Part shown: positions 1 to 14,579 of the stretch, in pieces
How positions within the stretch are numbered: the first letter of the stretch is position 1
How the letters are laid out: each line of letters starts with the position of its first letter
Origin: Piromyces finnis finn
Lineage: Eukaryota; Fungi; Neocallimastigomycota
NCBI GenBank assembly: GCA_002104945.1
Contig: MCFH01000051.1
Location: 186,001-250,000 of the forward strand
Direction of reading: 5' to 3'
Length of the DNA stretch: 64,000 nt
Translations under genes and position numbers: made by a program
Notes under the pieces: model-generated
Told to the model about the DNA's origin: nothing
The model's input: only the letters and a program-made list of their open reading frames with translations
Database searches by the model: none

Positions 1-3000
1 ATTTAAGTCTAAATGTTGATGACTTTTAAGAGAGTCTTTCTCTTTCTCTTTTTTTTTTTTTAGTATACAAATAAATGAATAATATATGAGTAAAAAAAAA
101 AGTTAATAATTTATGTTTATTATGTTAACTTACTTAAATTGGTTCTTTTATCCATCTTTTTACTTTTTAATTTTATTAAATTGCTATTATTTCTTGGTAG
201 TGGTGCGATAAATGTTGACTTAAATAAATCACCATGATGACTTAAAGGTCTAAAAGCAGGGATGATTGTTGATTTTAAGGTTTTTTCTTTTGATTTTTTA
301 GTTTTTGATTGTTTTCCAGAATTATTTTCTTTATTATAATTTTCTTTCGGAACTACTAATTTATTATGGATATTTTTATTTCTTTGATGGAATTCTTTTA
401 TACTTTCTGTAAGAGTAAACGAATCGTTTTTATTATTAATAATTTTATTTTTTTTAGATTTATTATATTTTAATTTATTATCGATTTTTTCTACAGTCAA
501 AAGATTATTTTTCTTTTTACACTTCAAAATATCATCATTTTTTATTTTATTTAAATCATTTAATACATTTTCATTTCCAATATCATTATTAATAATAATC
601 TCTTCAATATTTTTACTTTCAATTACATTTTCGTTTAAATTATAGTTATTTAAAGGGTTATCAATATTACTAAAATTTAAATTATTAAAAATAGTTAAAT
701 TAGATTCATTTTCACTAAGTATCTTATCATTTGTCTGTTGTTTTCTTTTTTCCAATTTAATTTTTTCTTTTAATTTTTTATTATTTTCATAATACTTTTT
801 TATTTCATTATATCCCCAAAATTCATTTATTATATTATTGATTTCATAATTAATTTGCATACGATCTTCAAATTCCTCAGTATTTAAAATGAAATCACTT
901 TCTTTAATTTGGCTTTCTAATAAAAGACTCTTTTCATAATAATTTTTTAATTTTTCTAATTCAATTACTGATTTTCGACGATCGGAGTCTGTAACAAAAA
1001 ATGTATCTAAACTAATAAGAGATGTTGGCATTGTAGATACAATTAAATGGTAATAACAAATAAATCTTAAATTTTTAGTTTCTCCTTTTTCCACCATTAG
1101 CTCATTAAATGTTGAAAAAACATCTGGTAAAATATTGTCATTATATATATCATTTTGTTTTTGAATATCACTATAAAATGCTTTATTTACTGGATTCTCT
1201 CTATTATATATTAGTTGAATTAAAATTAAATATTTTCAATGATTATTTTATAATAATATTTATTTAATATATTAATTTCTTTTTTTAATTTATATTATTT
1301 ATCTTAAATGATTTATAAGATATTCATTATATTATATATATATATAATTATACTAACCTAATATCCAAAATTTTTAAGTTCATAAGCATTTTTAAAGTAT
1401 TTAGAAATGGAGGGAATATAACTATCATATTATTAACAAGGTAGAGTTCTTCTAAATTCTTTAAATATAATATTTCTTTTATGTTTTTTATTTTATTATT
1501 ATTTAAATTGAGGTACTTTAATTCATACATATCCTTAAAGAGACCTAACGGGATAGAATCAATATTACAAGAACTTAATATAAGGGAATTTAAATTTTTA
1601 CATAAATACAATTCTTCTAATTTTAAAATACGCCTATCTAAAAAATTTTAATTATTCAAACAATATTCAATAATAATTAGAATTTAGAAATTAAATCTTA
1701 TAAATATAATGAAAATAATTATTACTTAATATAAATAATTCTTTTATATTAGTCAAATCCGAAAATTTTATATTTAAAGGATTGCTTAAAAATAATAAAA
1801 TATTATATTAGCAAACTTAATACATTTATTCTGTATATAAATCTTAAATTTTTAATTATATATATTTATTACTTTGTAAGTGGAACCTTAGATTGGATTG
1901 ATAAAGTTTTTAAATCACTCATTAAATAGCAATTTTTAATTTGCTCAACAATACTATCGTTAATATATAATTCAGTTAAATTTGGGAAATAAAATTCATC
2001 AAATTTAATGATAAGGCTTTTATTTATATGTAGTGTTTTAAGATTTGGAATTGGTTTTTTAATACAAATATTGTATATATTATTTTTATCTTTATTTATA
2101 TTTATTATTTAAATATTTTAAAATAAGCATATTAATACTAATTTATAATATACAAATAAATACATTTTTTTTTAAATATACATACTTAATGATAGATATT
2201 TTAAATATGTAAAATTTTCTAAGTTGTTAATAATCTGAATCTTGTTATTACTTAAGTCTAATGATTCCCATAAAATTCTATATAATATTTTATATTATAA
2301 AATGATATCAATATTATAATTTAAACATAATACATTTTAAATATAGAAATAAAAATACCTTTCCCTTGATGGTTTAATAGTAATAATTTTATTATTTTTG
2401 AGACTAAGATGGATCAACTTTTTTAATGAATATAATATTGAAAAATCAGATATATTATTGTTATTTAAATATAATTCCTTCAAATTGTTCAACTTAGATA
2501 AAGGTGTCAATACTGATATATTATTATTAGATAAATCCAGATATATTAAATTTTTTAAATCCTTTAATTTTTCAATAGTTTGTAATCTATTGAAATAAAT
2601 CAAAAATCAAATATTTAATATTAAAATTATAAAGTTATAAAGTTATAATGTTTATAGAAAATTTATATATTACTTATTATTAGTAACTGATAAGTAAGTT
2701 AGTATAGGTGATGAAATTTCAATACTTTCTATTAAATTGTTATCTCTAATAAAATGTTTAAGAAAACCGTAAATATGATATATGATATTATATATATTTT
2801 ACAAAAATAATTACTTTTACATAAAAAGAATATTTATACTTACAGTCGCAACTTTTTAACATTACGTAAATTATAACTATTATTATTAAATATCATTAAG
2901 TTTTGATTAGACATATCAATAATTTCTCCATAAATTTCTGGGTTATTAGAACATTCAGTATAAGCAATTTCTGAAGGACTAATAATTTCAGTTTGAGAAT

Positions 3001-3692
3001 TATTTATTTTTCTTTCATTCGCTTTTTTATATTTTATTTCATTATTGTTCTCAATTATTTCTTCTATTTTTTATTTAATAAATTAATATATTATTAAGTA
3101 TACTAAAAAATTAAAGAATATTTTTTACCTGTATCATTTACAGTTTCTACATAATCAAATATATTATTATCGTAATCAGTATTGTTCAATTGTTCATCTT
3201 CATTGAGAAATATATTATCTATAATTCAATTTATTATGATAAAAAGTAATGAATTTATTACTTTATTTATTATTATTAGCAGTAGTAGTACTAAATAATT
3301 ATTATTATACCTTCATTAATAATTGAATTAAGAGAAATATCAATTTCTTTAAGTGATAAATGTTCATTACTTATTGAAATTTCATTTCTATCTACAAAAT
3401 TAAATTTATCTTTATGCGTTTCCTCATTTAAATTAATAATTTGTTCTTCTTCTGTTTTATAAAAAATAAATTTTATAAGAAATACTAGAATTTATAGTTT
3501 TTTTCATAAAAAATTACTATTAGAAATATTATTTATCATAATATATTTACCTAAATTTATTAATTTATTAATTTCAAAATCAAAATTTTTAAAAAATTCA
3601 TTATTTTCTCTTTCATTAATTTCATTTAAATTATATGTTCCATGATTATAAAATGAATTATTTTTCTTTTTTAAATTGTTGTACATTTCCAT
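1..3692 (-). CDS. Multi-exon leucine-rich-repeat protein (SDS22-like LRRs plus LRRcap), acidic N-terminus, low-complexity C-terminus; 3' end runs off the window start
   Basis: Minus-strand exons can be joined in frame via GT-AG introns (e.g. 3692-3551, ~3450-3311, ~3220-3130, ~3065-2845, ~2745-2674, ~2590-2360, ~1640-1359, ~1140-134). Repeated LxxLxLxxNxI motifs (LKDLKNLIYLDLSNNNISVL, LKNLEELYLVNNMI) and an LRRcap-like segment (YYHLIVSTMPTSLISLDTFFV). A gtaagt donor at ~133 and an open frame at 1-50 show the gene continues beyond base 1. Confidence 0.75.
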
Positions 3693-4208
3693 ATCAGCAT
3701 ATCATTTATAAGTACTATATTTCTTTCATTAATTATTATTATTTTATTTTTTATCAAAAAATTCTTCTAAATCGTATAGCCTTTTTTTTTTTTTTGTTAA
3801 TCCAAATAAATGGTATGTTCTATATGTAGTTTTAAATATATAGTTAACCTTTCAAATTAATAATTAAATTTTTAATTAAGCTAATTAAATTTTAAAATTT
3901 TAAATAAAAATAATTTAAAATTTATTATTAATTAAACTTTGATAAAAATGTTTTTTATATTTAACAATTAAAGTTTTAATTTATAAATTTTATTATTTTT
4001 TAATGATTATACATATATATATGTCAAAAAATCATTTAAATGATAGATTGAATTTTGTTTTTATATATAATAGTGTTTGTTATATAGAAAATATTAATTA
4101 TAAAACTTTTGATGGTTAAAAGAATTAATTAATACAATTAAATACATATTCCAATTCTATAGAAATATATATCATTTTAAATTAATAGCTTATTTTTATT
4201 TCTACGAA

Positions 4209-7200
4209 TTAATTTTTGTCATTTTTATTTTTATAAAATGAATAACTCTCTTTATGTTTTTTTTTAATATGATTTATCCTCTCTGTCGATTTTTTACTTA
4301 ATTTTAATGCTTTTTGCTTTTGTGAATAGGTCAATTCTTGGGGTTGATCTAATGGTACCCAGAATAAGCTATTTTTTTCCGAAAAATCATCATTTTCATT
4401 ACTATTAAAAGCATGATATTCTTTGTCATTTATTATAAAACAATTATTATCATAATTTCTAAAAGTATTATTTTCCAATTTATTTAAACTACTTTTCCTT
4501 AATTTTTCATTTTCAAATACATCTTGATTCCTAAGATCTCTTTTAATTTTTTCAATATTATTTGACCTTTCAAAAAGTATTCTTTCATTCTCCTTAATAT
4601 TCTTCTTTAGTTTTTTTATCATTTCATCATTATTATCATTAATTTGTTTCATAAATTCACTTCTTGATATACCATCTTGTATTAATTTTATATCTTTTTT
4701 TTTCGTATGTTTCCTTTCTTTTTGACTTTCTTTATGTGTATTTACTCTACTTTTTGGAAAAATTGGTTCATACAATTTTTTGTAATTAAAATATTTATTT
4801 GTCTCTCCTTAAATATTATATTATTTTTTAAAAATTATAATATTTATATTATTTATATTGAATAATTAGATATTAAAAATTAAAATGCAATAAGTAAAGC
4901 TTATAAATACCTTCTATTTTTTTTATGGAATATTTAATTGAATTATCTTCTCCATTATTTTTTTTTTCTCTTTCATTGCTATTACTTTTTATATCTTTTC
5001 TCATATTATCTGAATCAATATCTGAATTTTTTAGCGTAATATTTTTTAATATATTCTCAATCTTTTCTAGATCTTTATAAGTTTTATCTAGTTCTTTTTC
5101 GTTCTTTTCAAACAAATATAAATTATTAAAACAAATATCTAATGCTTCAATTGTACTATTATTTACCATGTTTTGTTCATATAAATTTAAGCTTATATTA
5201 TTCTTAATTTTATTCTTTTTTTTAGTCTCACGGTTATTTAAATTATTTGTATTGCTTTTAACATTAATATCTGAACTTTCATTTGTATATTTACTATTGT
5301 TATCTATAGTGTCTTTAGTAATGTCATCTTTACTATGAGATTCGTTATAATTATTTTTGTTTTCATTATTTTTATCATTTTTTATTTTAGTAGTTTCTTT
5401 TAAATTTTCTGACTTACTAATTTTTTCTTCAATACTATCGCCTTTTTGTTCTGATTTTAAAATATTTACAGAATCATCACTATCTTTTACTTTAATATAT
5501 GTATTTGGTAAACTACAGTTGCTAGTATTTTTTATATTTAATGATTTTTCCTCATTTGTGACTTTATCTTTTGTTTCCTCATTCATTTTTTTTACCATTT
5601 CTTCAAAAATTTTAACATCTAAATAATTAAAATATTCATTTATATTAATTAAGTTATAAATTTTCTAATATAAAAAATATATATAATTATATTTACTTTT
5701 ATTTATTGAGATAATTCTATTAAAATCACTGAGGGAATTCAAGTCATTATCAATTGTTGAAAGTAAATTAGTGAGATGTTTTTTATTTTTATTAATAACT
5801 TCCTTAATATTCTCATTTAAATTGTTATATTCAAGTTCATTAATGTTGCTTATACTATTTTGAAGGATATTTTTAAGTTTTTTAATTCTTTTCAAAGATT
5901 TATTAATTTCATTCACAGAAATAATTAAACCATCCAATACTTTCAAGCTTTCTTTAAAATTAATAATAATAAGGCTACGATAGAAAGCTCTTTCTATAAA
6001 TATTTTATCGTCTAATCCGTTACAATAATTAATATCAAGTTCTTCCCATTGCTTTACTTTATTATATTCTAATTCATTATTATTTACTATTCCAATTTCC
6101 TCTGACTGAGCTGGGATGTCGTTTTCTTTTGATTTTTTTACTTCAACAGACAATTTAATTAATTCTGTAAATTCATATGTATTCAAGTAAAAATTCCTAT
6201 TAAAAATATTGTATCTTTATATATAAAATATTTAAAAATAATTTCTACTAAAAGAGTAATTAAATATATGGTATTATTTTAAGAAAAAACATACCTTATA
6301 TCCAAGTATTCAATTGTATTATTATGTTCTAATGATTTAATCACATTATAAAAATCTTTTAATTTATTACCAACTAATAGCAATACTCTTAAATGTCTTA
6401 TTTTCTTAAGACTGTATAGCCTATCTATTTCATTATATCTTAAATCAAGTATACTTAAATTCATCAGATTATTAATAAATATTGGTGATATTTTGTGTAT
6501 ATGACATGTATTAGCAGAAAATACTTCTAAATGAATATTATTAGAGAATATTTCTAAAGAATTGATATTGTTCCCTATTTAAAAAGTAAATGAATTTTTG
6601 ATTATTAGTTTCTTTTTAATAAAAGTAATTTTTATATGATAATATATTTCGCTATTTCATTACCTGAAATGTAAATTTCCTTCAAATTAATTAGATGATC
6701 AAATTCAATTGAATTGCTTTTTTTAATAAAATAATATATAAGTGTTAATAGATGATTATAGTATTTCATAATTTAAATTAGACTATAATTATTAGACAAC
6801 AATATTTACATATCTCCATTTTTTTGATTTTGAATATAAAGCGTTTTAAGATTTGATAATCTATAAATATTTGAGATTTTGGTAATATAATTATTATCCA
6901 TATTTAAATATTCAAGATTTTCAAATGTTCTTCCATCAAAGTCGGTTATATAATTATCATTTAATATTAGTGTTTTCAAACTTGGATGAGAATATATTAA
7001 TTTAAGTTCTTCTATGCGATTAAATGCTATATATTATGTAAAATATAAAATATTATTAATAAAGATTTATTTTTAAATGAATATATATAGAAAGAGGGAT
7101 AAAAAAATCAATATCATTAATATTAATATTAATAGATACATACAACAATTAAAATACTTTAAACACTTTAAATATTCTATACCGCTTACAACTTTAATAT

Positions 7201-7603
7201 TGTTATTTTCTAAATTAAGTGATCCCCAGTAATAATTTTCACTAAATTTTATAAAAATTATCATATCCAAGCATTTAGTCAGAATAAATAAATACTACAT
7301 ATACATATTATCAAAATATTATAAAAATTAATAATTACTTATTTAAATATTCAACATTCAATATATATATATTATTATTTTTTAGACTAATGTTAATTAG
7401 TCCTTTCATATTAAATAATGGAGAAATATCAGATATGCGATTTCCATCTGCATATAAATCACGTAAATGTATAAGTGAAGTTAAGGGAGATAAATCATTA
7501 ATTGAATTATTAGATATATTAAGAAATTGAATATTTAAAAAGCATGATAAATTATCTATATGTTGTAAACTATTATTATATGACAATAATAAAATTTAGA
7601 TTA

Positions 7604-7668
<65 letters not shown>

Positions 7669-10485
7669 CAATGTAAAAATTTTCAACTCAAAAAGTAAAT
7701 ATTACCAGTTATTTATAATTGATAATTTAACTACTGTATTAGGTATTCCTTCAAATGATGTTAATCTATTATTTGATCTACGTGTAAAAAAAATGTTGTA
7801 TATATAAATATATATACATTTTTATATATTAAATAATGTTTTTATTTATATAAATATCGCTTACAAATTAATGTCTTTTAATGAAGTCAAGATTTTATTT
7901 AGACCATATATATTAGAAATATTAGCATTTGATATATTTAATCTTTCAATCTTATTTAATTCACTTTCTGTATAAACAGAGAGAATTTTCTCAAGTATTA
8001 TAGGTTGTTCTGATTGATTTAATACATAGTCAATAAATAATATATACATATATATATATAATATTAGCTAAAAGGTTTACAAGATACAAAAAATAATATG
8101 ATTGTTCATTACTTTTTGTTTCAGAATTATTTGTATCAACAATATTTTCTATTAAAAAATTAAAATAAATATTAATATTAATTATTAAATTAGAAATATA
8201 CTTAATATCTAATTACCATATAAATTATTGTTTCTATTACAATTATTATCACCTATATTACTTTTTTTTGAATTATCTAATATATTTTAATTAAATATTA
8301 ATATCTTTTATAAAAACAAAGTATTTTTGCTTATATTTACCTAATATAGATGTACTATTGAACGGTAAATTTATTTCACTTAAATTTACCTCAGGACAAC
8401 TTCTATTTTTATTAAATAATTTATTTGATGTTTTTCTTTCTCTTATATCTGTTTCTACAGAAATATATATATCATTAATAGTAAGAAAATTGATATTTTT
8501 ATAATAATAATTAAATGTATATTTATTATATTTACCACTTTTAATTTTATTTTTCATATTAATAAATTTTTTGAAATAATTAGTATTTAAAGTATCTTTT
8601 TGTTGTTCATTACTGCTACCTTTATTATATGATTTATTGTATTCTTTATTTAAATTTTTAATATTTCCTTGTAAAATTTTATAATTTAAATCACTAAAAC
8701 TGTATGTTTCTTCATGAATATTTGAGTTTTGAAATTCATTAATACTATTTTCGGTATTATATATTGTTTCATTGTAAATGTCATTATATTGAGTATTAAT
8801 ATTATTCATATTATTATTAAAATTATAATTAACATTACTGTTGTTATTAGTAATATCCAAATTATTATTTTCAATATTATTGTTTTTATTAGAGCAATCA
8901 ATTTTATTGGTATTACTATTAGGATGATTATCATTACTTGTAATGTAGTTTTCATTACAAATGTTTTCATTATAATTATTATTAAATAAAATATTTACAT
9001 CTTTATATTTATCATTATTATAGTCTATAGTATTATCACTATTATTATTATTATTGTTGTTGTTATTGTTGTTATTGTTACTCTTATTACTGTTTTTATT
9101 ATTATTATTTGTAGTAATATCAATATTAGTATTAACATTAGTATCACAATTATTAGCATTAGTATTTAAAATGATGTCATTATCAATATTAATATTATTA
9201 TTTGTGGTAGTATTAATATTAGTATTAGTATCACTATTATTAACATTAGTATGTAAGATGGCATTGTTATCAACAGTAGTAGTATTAGTATTATTAATAG
9301 AATTGATATTTAAATTGGTACCAGAATTAGTATTAATATTAATATTATTAATGAGATTACTATTGTTAGTTATTTTACTATCTTCTGTATCATTATTAAT
9401 ATTGTTGTTTCCATAGTTGTTTTTTTTGTTTTGATAATTATTGTTGCTACTGTAATAATAATTATTTTTGTTAATATTTAAATTACTAATTTGAGAATGT
9501 AATTTAGATTTTAATAACTGATTACTGATATATTTGCTACATTCATCATGATATTCAATCATGTTAATAAGTTCCTTATAAAATAATACATCGTTTATAT
9601 TTATATCATTATTATTATTTTCATTATTAATAGAAAATTGATTACTATTATTATTATATGAAACACTACTTTCACTATTTTTTGGTATAAGCTTATTATT
9701 AACAAATTCATTAAAACTTTCTTCTTCAATAACTTTTAGTTTATTCATAATATTATTATTCTTAATTAATTGACTATAATTTTCAAAACTTATTTTACTT
9801 TTATTATTTTTAATATAATTATTTAAATTCTTTAAATATAAATTACTATCGACATGGGATATCGTACGTTTAAAATTCTTATTATACTTATTGTTATTGC
9901 TAATCTGGGTATTGATATCGGAATTAAATTGATTTGTATATTTAAAATCTATATTATTATTATTAAAATTTTTATCATTAATATTCTTATCGCCATTATT
10001 ATTGTCATTGTTTGGTTGATTATCATAGTTACTATTATTATTACTAATATCATTACTACTGATGTTATTGCTATTGTTGAAATTAAAATTAGAATTAATA
10101 TTTGAAATATGGGTATTTATACTTGAATTAATATTACCATCAGCATTTGAATTTAGATCAATATTAGATTCACTAATTATAATATTATTTTCAATATTAC
10201 TTATATTTTTATTTCCTGAGCCAAAGTTATTATTATAACTATCACTGAAATTGTTTTGTTGAATATTTTCAATAATTTCAAAGTTATTCTCTCTATTTTC
10301 TTTTATTTTTTGGAGACTATTATATTTATTATTATTAGAACTATTATTACTCATATCATTATAAATATTTTCATTATTTCCACTGAAATTATTATCTAGA
10401 TCAGTATGATTAATATTGTTTAAGTCAATATTAGTCATATTTATACCTTGGATAATATCTTTATCTTTACTTTGATTCATATAAC

Positions 10486-10556
<71 letters not shown>

Positions 10557-12541
10557 GCATGATCTTGATTACTATAAGATATAGAAATCGATGGTAATAA
10601 AATCTCAGTATTATTATACATATTGTTTGTACTATTCTCTTGGTATTCAATTATATTATAATTATTATTACTGTGATTATTGATATTATTTCCGTCTCTA
10701 ATAATAATATTATTCTCATTATCTCTTTGGTACACATTTATATTATAACCATTATTGTTAGAATTATTTCTATTATCTCTTTGATACTCATTTATATTAT
10801 AATTATTGCTAATATTATTATTAGGATCAACATTATTGTTATTATTAGCATTATTTCTAATATTCTCATTCCCTTTATTTACATTATAATCATTATTGTT
10901 ATTAGAATTGTTTCTATTATCTCCTTGATATTCATTTACATTATAACTATTATTGTTATTGTTAGAACTATCTTTACTAACACCTTGATATCCATTTACA
11001 TTATAATTATTGTTGATATTACTGTTAGAATTATTTCTATTATCTTCTTGGTATTTATTTACATTATAACTAATATTGTTGTTGTTAAAATTATTTCTAT
11101 TATCTCCCTGATATTCATTTACATTATAACTATTGCTGATATTATTGTTAGAATTACTTCTATTATCTCCTTGATATTCATTTACATTATAACTATTATT
11201 GTTATTGTTAGAACTATCTCTACTAACACCTTGATATCCAGTTACATTATAATTATTGTTGATATTACAGTTAGAACTATCTCTATTATCTCCTTGATAT
11301 TCATTTACATTATAACTATTATTGTTGTTGTTAGAACTATCTTTACTAACTCCTTGATATCCATTTACATTATAATTATTGCTGAAATTATTGTTAGAAC
11401 TATCTCTACTAACACCTTGATATCCATTTACATTATAATTATTGTTAATATTACTGTTAGAATTATTTCTATTATCTCCCTGATATTCATTTACATTATA
11501 ACTATTGCTGATACTATTGTTAGAATTATTTCTATTATCTCCTTGATATTTATTTACATTATAACTATTGCTGAAATTATTGCTAAAATTATTTCTATTA
11601 TCTTCTTGGTATTCATTTACATTATAACTATTGCTAATATTATTGTTATTGCTAACATCATCATTTCTATTTTCATTCCCTTGATATCCATTTATATTAT
11701 AACTATTATTTATATTATTGTTATTATTAATATTATTATTATTATTATTATTAATATCATTTCCATTACTTCCATTTTCTTGATATTCATTTATATTATA
11801 ATTGTTGTTATTATTATTGTTAATAATATTTATATTATTTTCTTGATAATCGGTTATATTATAATTATTACTACTATTATTATTATTAGCACCAACATTA
11901 TTTATATTATTACTATCTTCATTAATACTTTTATTTTTTTGATGTTCTTGATGTTCTGGCATATTAAAATTAGTATTTTCATTAAAATTATTACTATTAA
12001 ATTTACATTCTTGATTATAATCATATTCTTGATTATTATAAGTATAATTATTTATATTATCTACAGCACTACAATTTAAACGGAAATCATTAATTGGAAG
12101 ACTAATTGACTTTAATTTTTCTTGATTTTTATCTGTTTTGATTAAATGATTAGGAAATCTTCTTTTAATATTGTTCATAATACCAGAAATACTTCCATTA
12201 CCTATGTTAGTATTATCATTACTATTATAATGATTATTGCTATTATTACAATTACTATTGTTATAATCAAAATTTCCATTATTTATATTATTAGTATTAT
12301 TATCATCATTTGATTGAAAAAGACATTCCAATGACAAAGGGGAAAACATATCTTTTAATTTTGTTTTTTTCCATGGTTCATCATATGTTTTTCCAGCTAT
12401 TGATTTTCCCAATATAGTATTATATACAGTACCTCTTGTCATTGTAGTTTTCCCACCATCATTTAAATTATGAATTTTTTCTTCCATTTCATAATCCCAT
12501 TCTTCCGATAATTCATCTTCCCAATTAGAGCTATTTAACAT
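4209..12541 (-). CDS. nud1: Nud1/Cdc11(SepK)-like septation/mitotic-exit network scaffold: N-terminal motif, very long Asn-rich region, LRR array, LRRcap, C-terminal charged extension
   Basis: N-terminal WEDELSEEWD and FSPLSLECLF resemble N-terminal motifs of fungal Cdc11/SepK. The 8291-12541 ORF has a gtaaat donor at 8340 and splices in frame through small exons (8277-8217, 8148-8114) into LRR exons at ~8010-6295, then into a Cdc11-like cap (LDDKIFIERAFYRSLII...LKVLDGLII). It continues in frame through ~6196-5697, 5618-~4913 and ~4808-4209. Orthology is recognised by motif, not by alignment. Confidence 0.7.
10625..11870 (-). repeat. Coding tandem repeat, ~19 copies of a 20-21 aa (60-63 bp) unit NxYNVNxYQGxxRxxSNNN
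   Basis: Directly visible in the 8291-12541 translation; two sub-types (YQGDNR and YQGVS[R/K]D) are interspersed. Confidence 0.9.
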
Positions 12542-13176
12542 TTTTTAATAGTAATGATAAAATAAGAGATTAAAGATATTATAAACAAATACACTTTTTC
12601 TATTTATTTTTTTTTAATATGATATATAAATAAAAGAAATTAGTGAAACTAAAATTTTATTAAAAAAAAAAAAAAGATTATAATATACCTTTCTACATAT
12701 ATTATATATTTCCTTATAAAGATAGCAGAATAAAAGTTTTATTATTATTGATTTAAAAATAATATTAATAATAGACTATATAAAGCATCTAAAAATGAGA
12801 AGTACATTCAATTGACAAGTTAAACATATAACATGCTTTATTTTTTAAACATTTATACTGAAAAAATATTAATAACAATTACACTAATGTTTAAATTATA
12901 ACAATAAAAAAAATTCAAAACTTAATTTATAATAAATACTAAAAACATTTGTGTATAATTAATTTCAATATTAAATTTTATAAACTATATACAATTTCAA
13001 TTTACATTAAAAAATATTTTACTACAAAAATTATTCATTAAAAAGCACAGATGTGTATAATAATTTAATTTATATTAAAAAGTTTAATTTATAAAATGAT
13101 TGAAAATAAAAAAAAAGAAAAAGAAAATTTTTTTTTTATTTTAATAATAAATTAATAGTTTTTTAATATTATAAAA

Positions 13177-14147
13177 ATGGGTGTATGTAAAATTATTATA
13201 AATAATATAAATAATTTTTAAACAAAAAGTATAAAAAATTTGTAATATAAAAATAAAGTTTATTAAAATTTCATTATATAATATGTATATATAAGCGTTT
13301 TCAAATTCAATGGAAGATGTATAAAGAAAATGTCAGCAAAATTAAACCTGTTGACAATGAATGGGAAATTAAAGTTAGTTTTTTCTTTAAATTTATCATC
13401 CATTAAAATATTATTTATTATTTTATCTTATTTAATTTAACTAATTTATATATTATTCAAAAAATAGTTTAAATGTGAAAAGTGTGATGAAATAAGTAAT
13501 ACATTTGCTGTTGTAGATGGTGATGAAGAAATGGAAATTCCAGGAAGTAGAGGTGTTAGTAATTTAGTTATTAAATGCAAAAGTTGCAAAAGTAATGGAA
13601 ACGTTAGTAAGTATACTTTATCAAGAAAAAAAAAATAGTAAAAAAATAATTAATTATTTCTTTATGACACGAACTTAAAAAAATAACTTTATTAAAAATT
13701 ATATAATAATAATGATAAATAAATAAAATAATTAAAACCAATACCAATAGATATTGAAAAAAATTCAATTCAAGCCTATGATGATGAAAACGAAAACTTT
13801 AAGCCATTGGTTAACATGGAATGCAGAGGTTTAATACCAGAGGAATGGAATATTTCTGTAATTATAAATATTTTAATAATGTTTTTATTTATTTAATTTA
13901 ATAATAATGATAATAACAATAATAATAATAATAATAATAAATGAATAAATAAATAAAATAAAATAAAATAAAAATTTGAATAATATATTTTTTGTGAAAA
14001 TAGGGAATGTTCGAAGGTGAAGGTTCTAGTGAAAATAAAATTGAAGAAATTGAACTTGAAGATAGGGAATGGTCCGGATATGACGAAGAAAATGATGCTG
14101 CTATTTTAATCAGTGACGTAGATTACCAAATTAAGAAAATTAAATAA
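13177..14147 (+). CDS. DUF866/UPF0587 CXXC zinc-binding protein (CZIB/C1orf123, yeast YCR090C-like), 5 exons, missed by the ORF track
   Basis: Spliced product MG|RFQIQWKMYKENVSKIKPVDNEWEIK|FKCEKCDEISNTF...IPGSRGVSNLVIKCKSCKSNGNV|...FKPLVNMECRGLIPEEWNIS|GMFEGEGSS...REWSGYDEEND...KKIK*. Two CxxC pairs plus GSRG, ECRG and EW..YDE motifs; GT-AG junctions. Confidence 0.9.
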
Positions 14148-14414
14148 ATATATATTTAACTTAAAATTTATAATAATAAATTACAAATATAAAAGAAAAC
14201 CATTAAATATAATATTTTATTTTTCAAAATAAAATGTATTTACACAGATAATAATGAAAAATAATAATAATAATAAATTGCAAATATATTAAAATATAGA
14301 AAGTTTATAAAAAAACTTTTTAATTATTTTTTTTTTATTGTGTGCTTAAATCTTTATTAATTTAAATATTCTTTATATATATATATCAATTTATTATTTG
14401 TTTATTATTCTTTC

Positions 14415-14445
<31 letters not shown>

Positions 14446-14579
14446 ATACATTTTCAAAAAAAAAAAAAAAATAAAAATAAAAATAAAAATAAAAAATAAA
14501 ATTAAAAATAAAAAAAAAAAAATAAAATAAAAAAAAAAATAAAAAAATATAAATATATAAAAACTATAAATTATAAATA

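Noticed and set aside
8729-12079. Plus-strand hydrophobic ORFs (8729-8989, 9054-9416, 9854-10105, 10640-12079)
   Set aside because: Antisense shadows of the Asn-rich coding repeat; the Ile/Leu-rich translation is expected from the reverse complement of AAT/AAC codons.
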